Part shown: positions 28,009-41,899 of the stretch, piece by piece
How the letters are laid out: each line of letters opens with the position of its first letter
How positions within the stretch are numbered: position 1 is the stretch's first letter
Source of the DNA: the human T2T-CHM13v2.0 reference genome, Homo sapiens
DNA length: 64,000 nucleotides
NCBI RefSeq assembly: GCF_009914755.1
Contig: NC_060936.1
Strand: one strand, 5' to 3'
Translations under genes and position numbers: made by a program
Notes under the pieces: generated by a model
Seen by the model: the letters and a program-made list of their open reading frames with translations, nothing else
What the model was told of the DNA's origin: nothing
Database searches by the model: none

Positions 28009-28050
<42 letters not shown>

Positions 28051-28192
28051 AGTTGAGGATCCCTAATCCAAAGATTCAAAATCTGAAATTCTACAGTGAT
28101 CCTTTCCTTTGAGCATCATGTCAATGTTCAATAAGTTTTGAATTTTGGAGCACTTTGGATTTTGGATTTTTGGATTAGGGATATTCAACCTG
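27625..28192. mobile_element. Tigger4a/MER46 (Zombi) TcMar DNA transposon fossil, internally rearranged
   Basis: TIRs CAGGTTGAGTATCCCT (27625) and AGGGATATTCAACCTG (to 28192), each flanked by TA. Internal gattttgga repeats. Confidence 0.8.
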
Positions 28193-28799
28193 TACTGACA
28201 GATGGCTTCCTTCAATTCTCAAAGTTCTTTGTAAACTAATTAGTTAACTTCTTTATCTCCATTCCTTGTCCACACAACACTAAAGAGGATGCCTTCTGGC
28301 ACCAACAGCCTGTGATCCTAACAATTTTAGTAATGAATATGGCTATAGGAACCCAGTATAATAGAGTAGGTAAGAGCTGTTGGAATACTACGGGGCCAAA
28401 AATGAAACTGATTTTAGAAAATTATTAGAAAAGCTTCCAGGTTTGCAATCCATGAGTTGTTTCAGTTCTAGAACTCTGCTTCCAATAAGGGTTATGGCCA
28501 CTGCTTTCACATCAGAGGCTCTGCAACAGCTGTAGAGTTATGGGAACATCCTTGCGACCTGGACCAGGGAGACTGAGATTACAGTTCCCAAATAGGAATA
28601 ATTTAAATACAGATTATAGAAATATATACTAATATAAATATATTCAAATACACCATAGACATTTAAATATATGCATTTAAACTTAAATGTATTTAAACAC
28701 ATGCATTTAATGAATATATTTAAATATGTTATACATGTTTGCATATATGTGTGTATATATAGATCTTTATACAGATTACATGTAGAGATGATCTATTTG

Positions 28800-28835
28800 T
28801 ATCTATCTGTCTATCTATCTATCTATCTATCTATC
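28800..28835. repeat. (TATC)n microsatellite
   Basis: Direct inspection. Confidence 0.9.
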
Positions 28836-29632
28836 TGAGTATCATCTTTCCCCAACCCTGGACCAGAGCTGTTGAAGCTGAATTTGGATTGGACTCTAGA
28901 ATATTTTCCATCTGGAAAGTCTGTTTAGATAGGAATATCTAGAAATATTACAAAGTTTCCCTAGAGGACTATGTTAAATGAGTTTTGGGGACCACTACTC
29001 TAAGGTTTCTCCCAACTGTAAAATGCTATATTTTTGGCCTTTTGAGAGGCCCCCAGCTCTAAAATATTAACACTTACTTCTAGATTATAACTATGCCCAC
29101 CATAACCACTTTTACCAACAGTGAGTGGGAATGAAGGACGAAATTAAGCATTTATTAAGGTCTAATGTACACCAGGCACCTTAATAGGCAATACAAATAC
29201 ATGGACATGGCAATAAAAAAGAGACATCCTTACCTCCAAGCAGCTTACAATTTAGTTTACTGAATTACACAGTTTACTTTCTTATGAAGAATCATAATGA
29301 TTTAAGAAAAAAAAAACCTGAGGAGTCCAATAACCATGTTCAAGCCATGTTTTAATTATTTTACTTGTTATTTCTATTTTGAGGATTTTGACGTTCTAAT
29401 GTCATTTGATATTTTTATCCTCTTGGGGGGATACAACTAGTGGATGACAAAAAAACAATGAAAAAATAATAATTCCAAGCAAACTATTATTGACATTGTG
29501 TTAAAGATTTTGTGAGACACCCTGCCCACACTAGATTTCACTAGTATCACCCTAGAGGATGTAAGTTCTAATGAGAATTTCTGTCACACCCAAGCCTCGA
29601 TTTTTACTTTTACAGTATAGTGCTGTTTCACT

Positions 29633-29650
29633 CTGCCACCTGCAGGTCAT
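29633..29650 (-). promoter_or_regulatory. Candidate CTCF site
   Basis: Minus strand GACCTGCAGGTGGCAG fits the CTCF core. Confidence 0.5.
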
Positions 29651-29677
29651 ATATGGAAGAACATATTTAAATCAGAA

Positions 29678-29994
<317 letters not shown>

Positions 29995-29999
29995 TCAGA

Positions 30000-30250
30000 G
30001 GCCAGGCACAGTGGCTCATGCGTGTAATTCTAGCACTTTGGGAGGCTGAGACAAGAGGATCACTTGAGACCAGGAGTTGGAGATCAGCTAGTGAGACCCC
30101 CATCTCTGCAAAAAATAAAAGAATTAACTGGACATGGTGGCATGTGCTTATAGTCCTATTTACTTAGGAGGCTGGGGCGAGTGGACTACTTGAGCCCAGG
30201 AGTTTGAAGTTACAGTGAGCTAGGATCATGCCACGCCACTCCAGCTTGGG
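30000..30250 (+). mobile_element. Alu (AluJ-like) whose 3' end runs into a GA-rich tract
   Basis: Alu sequence immediately downstream of the previous Alu. Confidence 0.9.
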
Positions 30251-30634
30251 GGAGAGAGAGAGAGAGACAGAGAGAGGAAGGAGAGAGAATGAGAGAGAGC
30301 AGAAGGAAGGAGGAAGGAGATAGAGAAAGAGAGAGGAGGGAGGAAGGAGAGAGAGAGACAGAGAATGAAGGAGAGAGAGAGACAGAAGGAAGGAAAGAGA
30401 GAGGAAAGAGAGAGGAAGTGAGGAGGAAGGAGAGAGGAAGGAAGGAGGAAGGAGAGATAGAGGAAGGAGAGAGAGAGGAAGGAGAGAGAGGAAGGAGACA
30501 GAGAGGAAGGAAGGAGGAAGGCAAGAGAGAGGAAGGAAGGAGGAAGGAGAGAGAGGAAGGAAGGAGGAAGGAGAGAGAGGAAGGAAGGAGGAAGGAGAGA
30601 GAGAGGAAGGAAGGAGGAAGGAAAAGAAAGAAAA
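30248..30634. repeat. GA-rich polypurine low-complexity/VNTR-like tract
   Basis: About 385 bp of almost pure G/A with recurring ggaaggaggaaggagagaga units. Confidence 0.97.
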
Positions 30635-31871
30635 TATACTTTAAAGTGAAATAAACAACTCTCTTCTATGAAACTGTGATGGAAAGTTAAACCATTGGTC
30701 AAGATTATAATGATTACCTGGATCAAAAATTTGGATGGAAGAAAAATCCCTCCCCAGAAATGAAAAAAAAATGTTGGAGTTTAAACATGTACAAATAGGA
30801 AAGCAATGGTAAGGACAGTCACCCCTCTACACAATGTTCAAAGATGAGGAAGTATTGCCTCACCTGGAGAAACTTGCAATCGCCTTGTCTGAGACCTCTC
30901 TCTAGATTTCTAGACCATTCTTTCACTAATATGGAACCACTCAATTGTAGGATATTTTCTTAAGTGTCTTGATGCATATTTACGCTGTATTAACAGGTTC
31001 AGGATAGAGTCTCTTAAAGTTTACAAAGTTTATTCATTAAACAGGAGCAGAGGGGCCACGACCACAGACCTTAAAAACCAATTGGCCACATAGGGTGGTT
31101 GGATAATTTAAGCACCCGTGAAGGAGGTGGCAAGTGAGAATTTCTCCCTTTCTCTGGGCTTTCTAGAATCAACTGGATGTTTTAGAGCTGAAATAGACGA
31201 ATATGTCTAACTCCCATGAGTAAGGCTAACTCTGTATCATTCAGTCAATTTTTAGAGAACCTCTATTATGTGTGTGGTATTAGGAAGTAGGAAAACAAAA
31301 ACGAATAAGCTCTCAGGAGATCCTACTGTGTGCACGTGTGCCTACACACACATGTGTGAGTTCTTGATGGGGTCAGGGAACAAGAGAGGTAATTTAGGAT
31401 GGTTTATTCCTAGATTCTGTATTTTTCTATGTATCGGATGGGAGAAGAGAATTTAAGGACAGCAACACTGATTTTAAAAAGCTGCCTTGGGCAATGAAAA
31501 AAAGAGCTGCCTGGAAAAACGGACAGGTGTTTGAGTAGGGCTGACCATCCTCTGGAGACTGACAAGATGAAGGATCCACATCTGAGGTATATTCCTTCAG
31601 GCAAAGTGGGCCTCTGCCATACTTTGAATGTATTCATTCTCATAGATCCTTTAGTACTTCATCATTTTTACTCTTATTTTTGATTAAGGTGGGTTTAAAA
31701 TTCCAACTTTTTTTTCTTAGAAACCTTAAGTAGACTAAGGATTCTGTCAGGAAAAAATATTCCTCTGAATAGGGATTTGGTAACAACATGCTAAGTTAGG
31801 AGCCAACGTAACAAGAGTAAAACAAATGATTCAGAAGATCATATTCACAGCAGGGACCGTGAGGGTTTTAG

Positions 31872-32331
<460 letters not shown>

Positions 32332-34662
32332 CATCATCTATTTTTATTTTTTTAAAACATATTTCTTCCTATAAAATTAACTTGATGTCCAAGAACTTGT
32401 TCCTTTTTTCATATTGAGATTTAACAAATATTTATGGAACACGTACAAGGTGGTAGGCATTGTGCTACAGACACCGCCTTGAGGGAAATCAAAGCCGAGA
32501 GGGAAAACGCAGGAAATGAAAAGTAAGGCAGGTGGGATGGGGAGGGCCTGGAAAAGGGGAGAATCCTTGAGGGCTGTGTTTTAATCCATGATTTGGAAAA
32601 AAAGGTTTCCTTAAATAAACAAATGTATACACTATAAGACATTATTAGGGAACAATAATTTCATTTGATACACTGTTGTTAAAATTACTTAAAATAATGA
32701 GAAATGAAAATGATTGGATGCCAAGCATTGTTAGAAAGTATATCATATTTAAAAGTGTTCACAAGAATTTGTCAATTCTCAAGTTAAAGCTGTTTCATCA
32801 CTACACTGAGACCTGTTTTCTAAGGTATATACCAAAAAAAGATTATGCCTTACCCGCCAGAGAGGACGCTGTCATAAAAAAAATACAAACAAACAACAAC
32901 AACAAAAAAAAAAAAAAAAAAAGAAAAAAAAAGATTTCACCTTTCTTTTCCTTCCATGAGACAAGGGGCTAACAACTGTGTCAACATGAAGTTCTCCACT
33001 AGAGGGAACTAATTCCACGTCCTCCAATCGTGAGCTTCATCAGGATGTGTCTGAGAACAGTGCTCTCTCCATGTTTAGATTGTACCCAGATAATCATGCT
33101 GCATTGCTAAATGGGAACGACACTTTAAAGTGGTTTTTATAAGATTTCCAGAAAAAGATAGTTTTATATTTATATAAATAAATTGAAGTGTATATTTTAT
33201 GTTACAGAAAAAACCCACATCAGTTGAAAAATAATTGTGTTCAAGTCGCCTGCCATGAGTAACTTGTGATTCTTCACTGTTCTGCTCTAGAGGTCATGTG
33301 CTAATATCTGGGTGAATTTGATGAGAGGAGAGTGGTGCCTCACTTCCCAGGAAAACAATGTTTGGGCAGTTCATAAAATGCACATAGTGGGACCCTGAAC
33401 TACATAGCTTTATGACACATTTCCAAAAACTCCTAAGGCAAAAGTCTCTGGCTGCAAGGAAAAACCTCCTGACACAGTATCTAAGATTCAGAACTGGTCG
33501 CTCTTAAAATAGGAAGCAAAGCTTATGCTGGGAATTATCTGTGCCTGCCCTGATTAAAACGCTTCTTCAGAACAGGCCATTTCACCTAATTCTGTCAACC
33601 TATACATCAAGATTTGGAACATGGTCCCCTAGCAAAAATAAAAAAAATCTCATTTTAAAAAGCACTGCATTTAGTACCCTCCAAAGTGAAACTCTAATTA
33701 ATCACATGTAGAGGAATCAGAGAATTTGAATCTCAAAAAATTGTACCACGACCACCTCTTCTTTAGGGTCAAGACAAAAAGAACTTTATAGAAATGCACA
33801 CCCTACTGAATTGCCAAAAGAGTTCCCAGGGTAGTTAGATTTTGTCCCCCATGGTATGAGTGCAAATGGAGAGTACCCTGTAAAGCTGGAAGCAGTGTCC
33901 TGGATGGGGTTGCAGGCTAATGGATGTTGAAGGATTGTTGGGGGTCAGGGTGGAAGGGCTGAGAAGTCCTTTCTGCTTGAACCTCAGGGTGAAGCAGCCT
34001 GTATGAGGGGTGGTCTGGGGGCAGATACAGCAGTTAGAGGACTCAGTGGGACTTATTCCTGCTGCTCTGCCAGGGACCACAAGTAGAGAAAGGGAAGGCA
34101 AGGAAAGGAAAGGAGCAATTACTGTGATTCCTCTTAGAGCCACTGCCAGGTCTACACTTTCAGGACTCATTAGACTACAATGGCTTAAACATTTCAGGGT
34201 CTGCTTGGAGAGAAATTATGCCAGGCCTGTGCTTTCCAATGAGTAGTGGCCAATTTTTACCTTTTTAGGCAAAGCTCCTCTACTTTTAATTCTTAAATAA
34301 TATATGTTGGCTCCTGTTTTACTCACCCTGGGTTGTATCCACTGTCATTTCTTTCACTTAACAAGATTACATTTTTGTCTCATGACGTACCATTAATTTT
34401 CAGGCAGGTTTCAAAACTTTTGCCTCCTTTTTCTTCATTCCTGTGGGGTCTTTTATTTTTTTAGAATAAAAAACCCTATGAAAATTTTGTTCATAACCCT
34501 CCAGAATTCCAACCTACCTATATAAAATCTGACAAATAAAGAGAACAGCTTGATGCTCACTGTTCATGAAGGGCTTGTGCATGTTTCCAGTGCCTCCCTC
34601 AGCTCTGGACATCCCCATACAAGTATAAGAATATGAAAATATTTTATAAAAATGTTAGAAGG

Positions 34663-35027
34663 TGATTAGTCCGTTCTCACACTGCTAATAAAGACATACC
34701 TGAGATTGAGTTAATCTATAAGGAAAAAGAGGTTTAATGGACTCACAGTTCCACATGGCTGGGGAGGCCCCACAATCATGGCAGAAGGTGAAGGAGGAGC
34801 AAAGGCATGTCTTACATGGCAGCAGGCAAGAGAGTGTGTGCAAGGGACCTGCCCTTTATAAAACCATCAGATCTCGTGAGACTTATTCACTATCATGAGA
34901 ACAGCATGGGAAAAACCTGCCCCCATGATTCAGTTACCTCCCACTGGGTCCCTCCCATGACATGTGGGGATTATGGGAGCTACGGTTCAAGATGAGATTT
35001 GGGTGGGGACATAGCCAAACCATATCA
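34663..35027 (-). mobile_element. THE1 (ERVL-MaLR) solo LTR, same orientation as PTPRR
   Basis: Minus strand begins TGATATGGTTTGGCTATGTCCCCACCCAAATCTC. 365 bp long, with 5-bp flanks gaagg/gaaga. Confidence 0.92.
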
Positions 35028-36371
35028 GAAGATTAAAATTTTGTCATCTGTATCACCTAGAAAAAGGTAAGACATGGTAGTTACGTGCAGATTTTGTAAG
35101 CAGGTTGTCAAGATTGTATCTTTGGCTAGATTTTTATTTCTTTGTGACATTGAGCATATTACTTATCTCTCTAAGTCTCTCTGTTAGCATAACTGCAAGA
35201 TGGGCATAGAAATACTGCCTGCCTCCAGGATGTTGTGAAGGTTGTCTGAGATCATACATAAGCACAGTGGTTGGCAGGTGGCAGGTTAGTGTCCAACCCA
35301 TCAGCTGTGACTCTGCATCCTTCTATTACAGCAGCACGGGCAGCAGCTTAGTGCAGGCATGACCATGTGCTTCTCTGCTGTTCCTGCCACCTCCACTGAC
35401 AATCACACACACAATGAAGTGGGCGAGTTATTATGCAGGATGTTTGAACAATATGGAGACCACTCCATCCTTTTCTGACTTGAGTATTCTGAATTATTGC
35501 CTTATAGCCCCCTCACTTTGGCTTCTTTGCTCTATTCGTGTTCACCTTCCTCTTGGTCATTTATGTCAGATTACCACCAGGCCTCCAGAATGGCAAAAAT
35601 CAGATTAAGGAAAAAACTGAGACAGACAATGTGCTTCTAGAATGGCAGTGAAATGGTTATCTGTCATGAGTGTTTTGAGTCCACCTCATGAAATTGCACT
35701 TTGCTTGATTTAAAATCTGAAAAATATTCTGAAAGCCAAGCATAAAATTTGCTAAGAGGAAAAACAGTGTGACGCTCCATAATATACCTACTTGCTAAAT
35801 ATACTGATTTGTAGTTTATTTTAAAATTGATTTCCCACAGATTATAGGTGTGTACGCCTCCTCCCAACCCCCAAAGCATGCCAATTTATTATTAATTAGG
35901 AGTACAGCCTCTGGAGCAATACTGCTTGGGTTCGCATTCTATTTGTCACCCTCACAATCCTACTGACTTACTATTAAGTTATTAGGGCCATAACTTATAC
36001 TCTCTGAGCATGAGTTTCCACTCTAAGGAGGGGATAAAAAGTCCCTTGGGTTGGTGAAATGAGATAATGCATGTGAAGGGTCAACAGGGCATACTGAGTT
36101 GTTATTTTTATTGATGTTATTTGGAGTTAAACTGGAATTTACTTCTACGTGTTTGCTATATTTTATGTTTATAAGCCCTCATGTTGTCAGGCTGAGCAAC
36201 TGAGTCATGGTTGATAGACTGTGTTCAATGGGGCTGGGTCATAGGTTCCAATAGAATGAATGGTGTTTATTTGAAGGAGGCCGTGTGGTACGTGTATAAT
36301 GGCCTGGGAAAATCAAAGGAACCTGGAGTGTAAACTTAGCTCTGCTGCGACCTTTGGCAAGTACAGTAATG

Positions 36372-36832
36372 CTGTTGGTGCCCCACCCAGGTCGCCTTTC
36401 TCCAGCTGGTGCCCCATCCTCTCCTGCCCCACTGCTGGGAGGGTAGCCTGTTAGTGGTGCCCAGCTGCCACTTCGCTGGAGCAGCCCCCTCAGCTGATGG
36501 GTGTTGCTGAGCCAGAGGTGCCTAGGAAGTTATGCCTCCACCATCCCTGGGTGGCCTGGAGTCAGTGGTTGGCTGGCATGAGGGTGCAGAGGCTCAGCCC
36601 CCTCACCTCAAGGTGAGACAACTGTCCATGAGGGGCCACTCATGCTCAGAGATCCCTGTGCAATCAGGCTGAGGGTAGATGGCTGCTACCACCACCTCTT
36701 TGCTTGTCCTCTTCTCTGTTCTGCTTGCCCTGCTTTCCTAATAAGCTTCCCCTGAGAGCATCTTCTCAACACATCATTTGGACAAGAGCCCTTGTCTCAG
36801 GCTGTGCTTTTACAGAACCTCACCAAAGACCT
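36372..36832. mobile_element. Ancient ERVL LTR (LTR16-like)
   Basis: GC-rich ~460-bp block ending ccttgtctcaggctgtgcttttacagaacc...aagac. Family assignment is from memory. Confidence 0.55.
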
Positions 36833-36916
36833 AAGAGAAAGATTCTGGGCCCCATTTTTATTTGACAGAAAATGAGAGAGTTGGATCCATTTTCGATTAT
36901 GGGTCTATTTAATGAA

Positions 36917-36972
<56 letters not shown>
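36917..36972. repeat. (TATC)n microsatellite forming an Alu tail
   Basis: About 14 units abutting the antisense Alu. Confidence 0.95.
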
Positions 36973-36976
<4 letters not shown>

Positions 36977-37260
36977 GAGACAAAGTCTCGCTGTTTTGCC
37001 CAGGCTGGAGTACAGTGGTGTGACACAGCTCACTGCAACCTTGAGCTCCCAGGTTCAGGATATCCTCCTGCCTCAGCCTCCTAAGTAGCTGGGAGTACAG
37101 GTAAACACCACCATGCCTGGCTAATTTGTTAAAAAATTTTTGTAGAGACGGGGTCTCACTATGTTGCCCAGGTTGGTCTCAAACTCCTGGCTTCAAGTGA
37201 TTCTCCTGCCTTAACCTCCCAAAATGCTGGGATTACAGGCGTGAGCCACCATTTGCAGCC
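36973..37260 (-). mobile_element. Alu (AluJ-like)
   Basis: Dimeric antisense Alu. Confidence 0.92.
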
Positions 37261-39795
37261 ATGAATACAGATTTTAACTTCCAGGGTATTTTTTACACTT
37301 TATGCTCTGATATGCAGTCATATTAATTCTATTCCCTTCTCTTTACTCATATGTCCCAAAAAGAGATCAGTGGAGGAATGATTAAAGATTCTCCAAGTTA
37401 AAATCTTTAAGCATCGAAATGTACCTCTACTAGGGAAAGCAAGGCAGATACATCAGGACATTCTGCCTTGCCAGGAGGAAATTGTAATACACAAAATCTT
37501 TTGAGTTTGAATGTAGAATGGTCAACATTTTCATGGCATGTACTGTCTTTTCATTGCTTCCACCATTGCAGACAAATTTCTAGTTCTGATAAAAATCTCC
37601 CAAGCTCAGCAACCCCTAAGGAAACCTTTAGACTCACAATCCTGGGTGTTATATCATTTTCACAGTATTTATTGTAAATCATAACATGTATACCCTATTA
37701 TGGTACAGCTGAAGAAAAGTTAGTGAATGTTTGTTCGTTGGATATCAGCAACCCTTGGGGGCCTACTGAGACCTCCGTTTTGATAGAAAAAAACACCCAT
37801 TAATATCATAGTCCTGATGGCCCACCAACTGATTACTGAGAAATGAAGTCAGGATGGAGAGTGCTATATTACAGTGTGCCACTCTTCCTTCCTGGACAGT
37901 TTTCTACCTCTCCTTGCACAGTGTTTACTTGTAATAGAAAATCAAGTGAGAAAAATGAGGAAATAATGTGAACATATCCAATTTGCCTGTTGATTTCCTT
38001 TCCATAAAATTGGCCATTAGCCATACAGTAGCCCAAAGGGAAAATGTGCAGAATCTTTCAGATTCATAAGTTCTAGAAAATGTACTTTCTAGAGTTTGAA
38101 TGTGATTCCTCATTTAATGGGAATTTGGAACTCAGCATGTATACAATTTCCCTTAGAGTGATCAGTGGAGCATTTTGGGAGGGCAAGGATGGGACAAAAG
38201 ACAAGAGGGAACATGAACTAACTGTGGCCTCACACTGTGCCAGCCATGTGACATTTGTCATGTAGCTTAACTGTCCCAAGAGCTGTGCAAGGCACATGCT
38301 ATGCTCCTCAATACAGGTGAATAAACAGGTTCCAACTTATATATGTGGTAGTTACAGAGCAAGTGTTTGAATTTGTACCTGGACTCGCCATGAGAAATGA
38401 ATGCATTTGTTAGACCAGAATTGATTAAATTGATACTGTTATTTATTAGATAACATTTACTGGCCAATTTATAAGTATGTACTTATAAATTACATGTAAC
38501 TGTATATTTACAAATAGGATGAACAAAACTATGTTAATTGACAGTTAAAAATATAATGTTATATGACAGGCTCAACTGTAGCAATTCAGTAGAAAATTAG
38601 CTTCAACTCCTGAGTTCAAAAGTATAACTGACCTAGTGTAGGCTTGTGAAATGGAATCAGAGAACAAAAACAAAAAGAATATTAGATTTCCTTTTCCTTC
38701 TCAAAGACACCATGCCATTTTGTATTGATTGTTAATTTTGTAGTATCCTTTGAAGGTGGAGCAGATATTATTTTATAGATTGGGAAAACTATACTACAGA
38801 GGACTTAATTAATCCGTTGAGCCACTTATTTAATAAGTGTCAGAGGTAGTATTAGCTGAGACTCAGGTCTATAGTTTATCATTAAGCTATTGGTTCTTAT
38901 GGAAGATTCTTTAGAAACAGACGAGATCTTCAGATGTGAAGCAACATTAATTAACTCCATAATATTTTTGAGTGTTTACTATGTACCAGGGTTTACAGGA
39001 ACCACAGGAGACACAGAGTATCTTGAGCCATAGTACCTGTTCTTAAAATTCTTGTCATCTGCTGAAAACACAAGACAAACCACTTAAAAACCAGTTCAAG
39101 TCCCTTTCTGAATGATTGTTCAATTAAAGTCATTGCCAGAGGAGTGGTATATCTGAGAATTTATAGGTGTTATACATCACTGTGGGCACAAATAGGTTAC
39201 ATGGCCAGTGGTAGGGGGTAAGTTTTGTGTTGGGCTCTGGAGACTAGAGATCGGTAGGCTGAGGGAAGAGGAAGGACCAGGCAAACAGAAATGCAAATGT
39301 GGACAGGAGCGCAGCACTCAGAGGGGGATGGGGATGGAAACAGAGAGCATGGAATAGAAGGTTTATTTTAGGATGTAGTTGCAAATGGATTTGGAGCAAA
39401 TGATCAGGGCCAGATGGTATAGGACATCTGAGGCCCAACAAGATGGTCTATGCCTTATTCTGTAAGAAAATGGAGCCAAATGGGGATTTTTGCACAGCAA
39501 AGTATGATAATGAAAGATTGTTATAGCAAGATAAACCTGAAGACTATTGAAGGGGGAAAGAGAATTAGATGCAGACAGATAAGATGAAATAAAATAATAT
39601 ATATGAAACATATTACATATATTAGTCCTAATATCATTTGTACAATTATATGACACAACAATTTAATCATGAAGTAATGAGAGCTGGGTCCAAGGTGATG
39701 ATTACAGAAAGAGATAATCAATAATGAGAAAGTTGGAGGAGCAAGAATCAATATGATTTGGCGATTAGTTTGAAAAAGGGAGAAAAGAAGACTGA

Positions 39796-39976
<181 letters not shown>

Positions 39977-41899
39977 TATGTTCTTCTTTTTATAAGATTC
40001 TTTAATCTTCATAATTTCAGAGTGTATTCTTTATACTCAGTTAAGCAATCCATTTAGTCTCTAGATCTTATTTGACTTATCTTTTAATTTTAAAATTATA
40101 TTTTATGATTAATGATATCAAAGTGATAGATTCTCCCAATCAGGGATGAGAAATTTATATGACATGATCCAAAAGATTGGGACAAGTGACTTATAATGCA
40201 GTCTTTATGGTCTCCTGGTGATTTTAATGAAGCCATACTTTTATGCAATAAGTAGAAGATTATTACCTCACTCCAGGATCAAAAGATGGAGAGCTATTAA
40301 ACATGAGCCTATTTTAAAGGCACCATTAGAACACACATATATATATATAAATTAAATTTTAAGGCTTAAAACTGCCAGAAAAGCTTTCTGCATGGAACAC
40401 TGTACATTCTTCAAATTTGGTCACTCTTAAAACTCTTCATTATGCCATCTTGGCAGGGAATTGTGGTAGAAAAATGGGAGTGAGAATAGAACAGGAAGGG
40501 ATGGTGGAATAAGCAAAGTGTTTCCCAGTAACTGCTGGGAGTTAACCTGAGGTTAGTCATAAAAAAGAATCATTAATTGGTTAATTCACTCATTCAGGCA
40601 TTTATCTCCAGGAGCTCCTGGTTTCCAGAAATTATGTTCTATATGTAACAGATAAGGAGACAATTCAATCATATATGTGTCCTCAAGAAGCTTAGAGTCT
40701 ATTGGCTACAACAGATTAGTAAACCAGAACTTAAAGACAACAAAGAAGTGCTATAAATACTGTATGCACACTGGGTTATGGAACTAAAGCAGCGGGGAGC
40801 CTCCATACAGAAGAGAGGTAGCTGAATCAGTAGTGGGCTGGAGGAAGGAGGAGGAGGCAGAGGGAGCCTCAAATTGGCTTCCAAGAGGAAGTGATGCTTG
40901 AATGCCCCTCCCTGTATTCCTACTCCCTCTTTCACCTTTGGACCTTTGCTGTATTCGGGCTGCCAGGGTTTTTTGGTGTTTTATTGCATTTGAAGAAATC
41001 TGAGAGCAGAAAGCAGGGAAATTTGAGTCCTGTCATGGGCTTTGTGTTCTAAAGGCCAGGACTTTGGTGGAAGGTGGCGTCTCGGGGTGTGGATGTCAGA
41101 TAAGGTAGAATATGAAATAAGCCAGAGTAGGGTTTTCTATTCCCAAAGCCTAAGAAAACGCCCATGGGCTCAGGGGAGGGTGAAGTGTTAGAACGGCTGC
41201 TTTGTGGGTGCAGGTGAGACCCCTGGATCCTTCACCGCTGAGCCCTGGGAAGTGGGGGACCCTCAATAGGAGGACTGTGATCCTTGGTAGAGCCATGAGA
41301 AATGGCTGGAAAGTGTTTCTGGGGGATCATGCCTTAGATATGCCCAGGTTTTCCTATGCCTCCATTTGGGGTAGAATAGTGAGATGATTCTTGGGCATCT
41401 AACAGTGGTTTGGATACAACTGAAAAAGAGGAAGAGAGAGAGAAAAGGAGAAAGCAACTGCTGGAAATGAAGGGGCTGCATGAATAGCAACAGGGAACAA
41501 CATGGTGGTAACTGTCCTGGGAATACTTATGAGAACCAAAGAGATAATGGACATTTTAGCAGATGACAATGTGCACAGATGACATCAAGGCAGATAGGGG
41601 CCTTACTCTTCATGTTGAGAAAGTCTCCTTAAAACGTAGAGGAAACCCTAGGAAACCAGAAGTAGGTTAGATGAATCAGAAAAGGGCTGAGATTGAGTTT
41701 CTACCATTTAGGTGAAATGACATCTAGCAAAAAAGCTTAGGTTGAGTTACAGAAAAATAAAATTGCATTTCTTGTTTTTTTGATTTGTAGACCCAGATTC
41801 ATGCCCACTATATTGGTGGTAATTTTCAAGGGCAAGGAGTAGGGAAAAGGACAGGTTCTAGGCAAGTATTAATTCTTAGGCTTAAAAGAGAATGGCATG

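Noticed and set aside
27657-28112. 151-aa ORF
   Set aside because: It runs through the rearranged transposon fossil and (TA)n/(CT)n repeats and has no protein-like composition.
28600-28760. Recurring atttaaa(t/c)a motif
   Set aside because: It is AT-rich low-complexity sequence next to microsatellites with no regular period.
30210-30726. Long ORFs (104-166 aa) rich in S/L/P/F or E/R/G
   Set aside because: These are translations of the GA/CT low-complexity tract, which lacks stop codons by composition.
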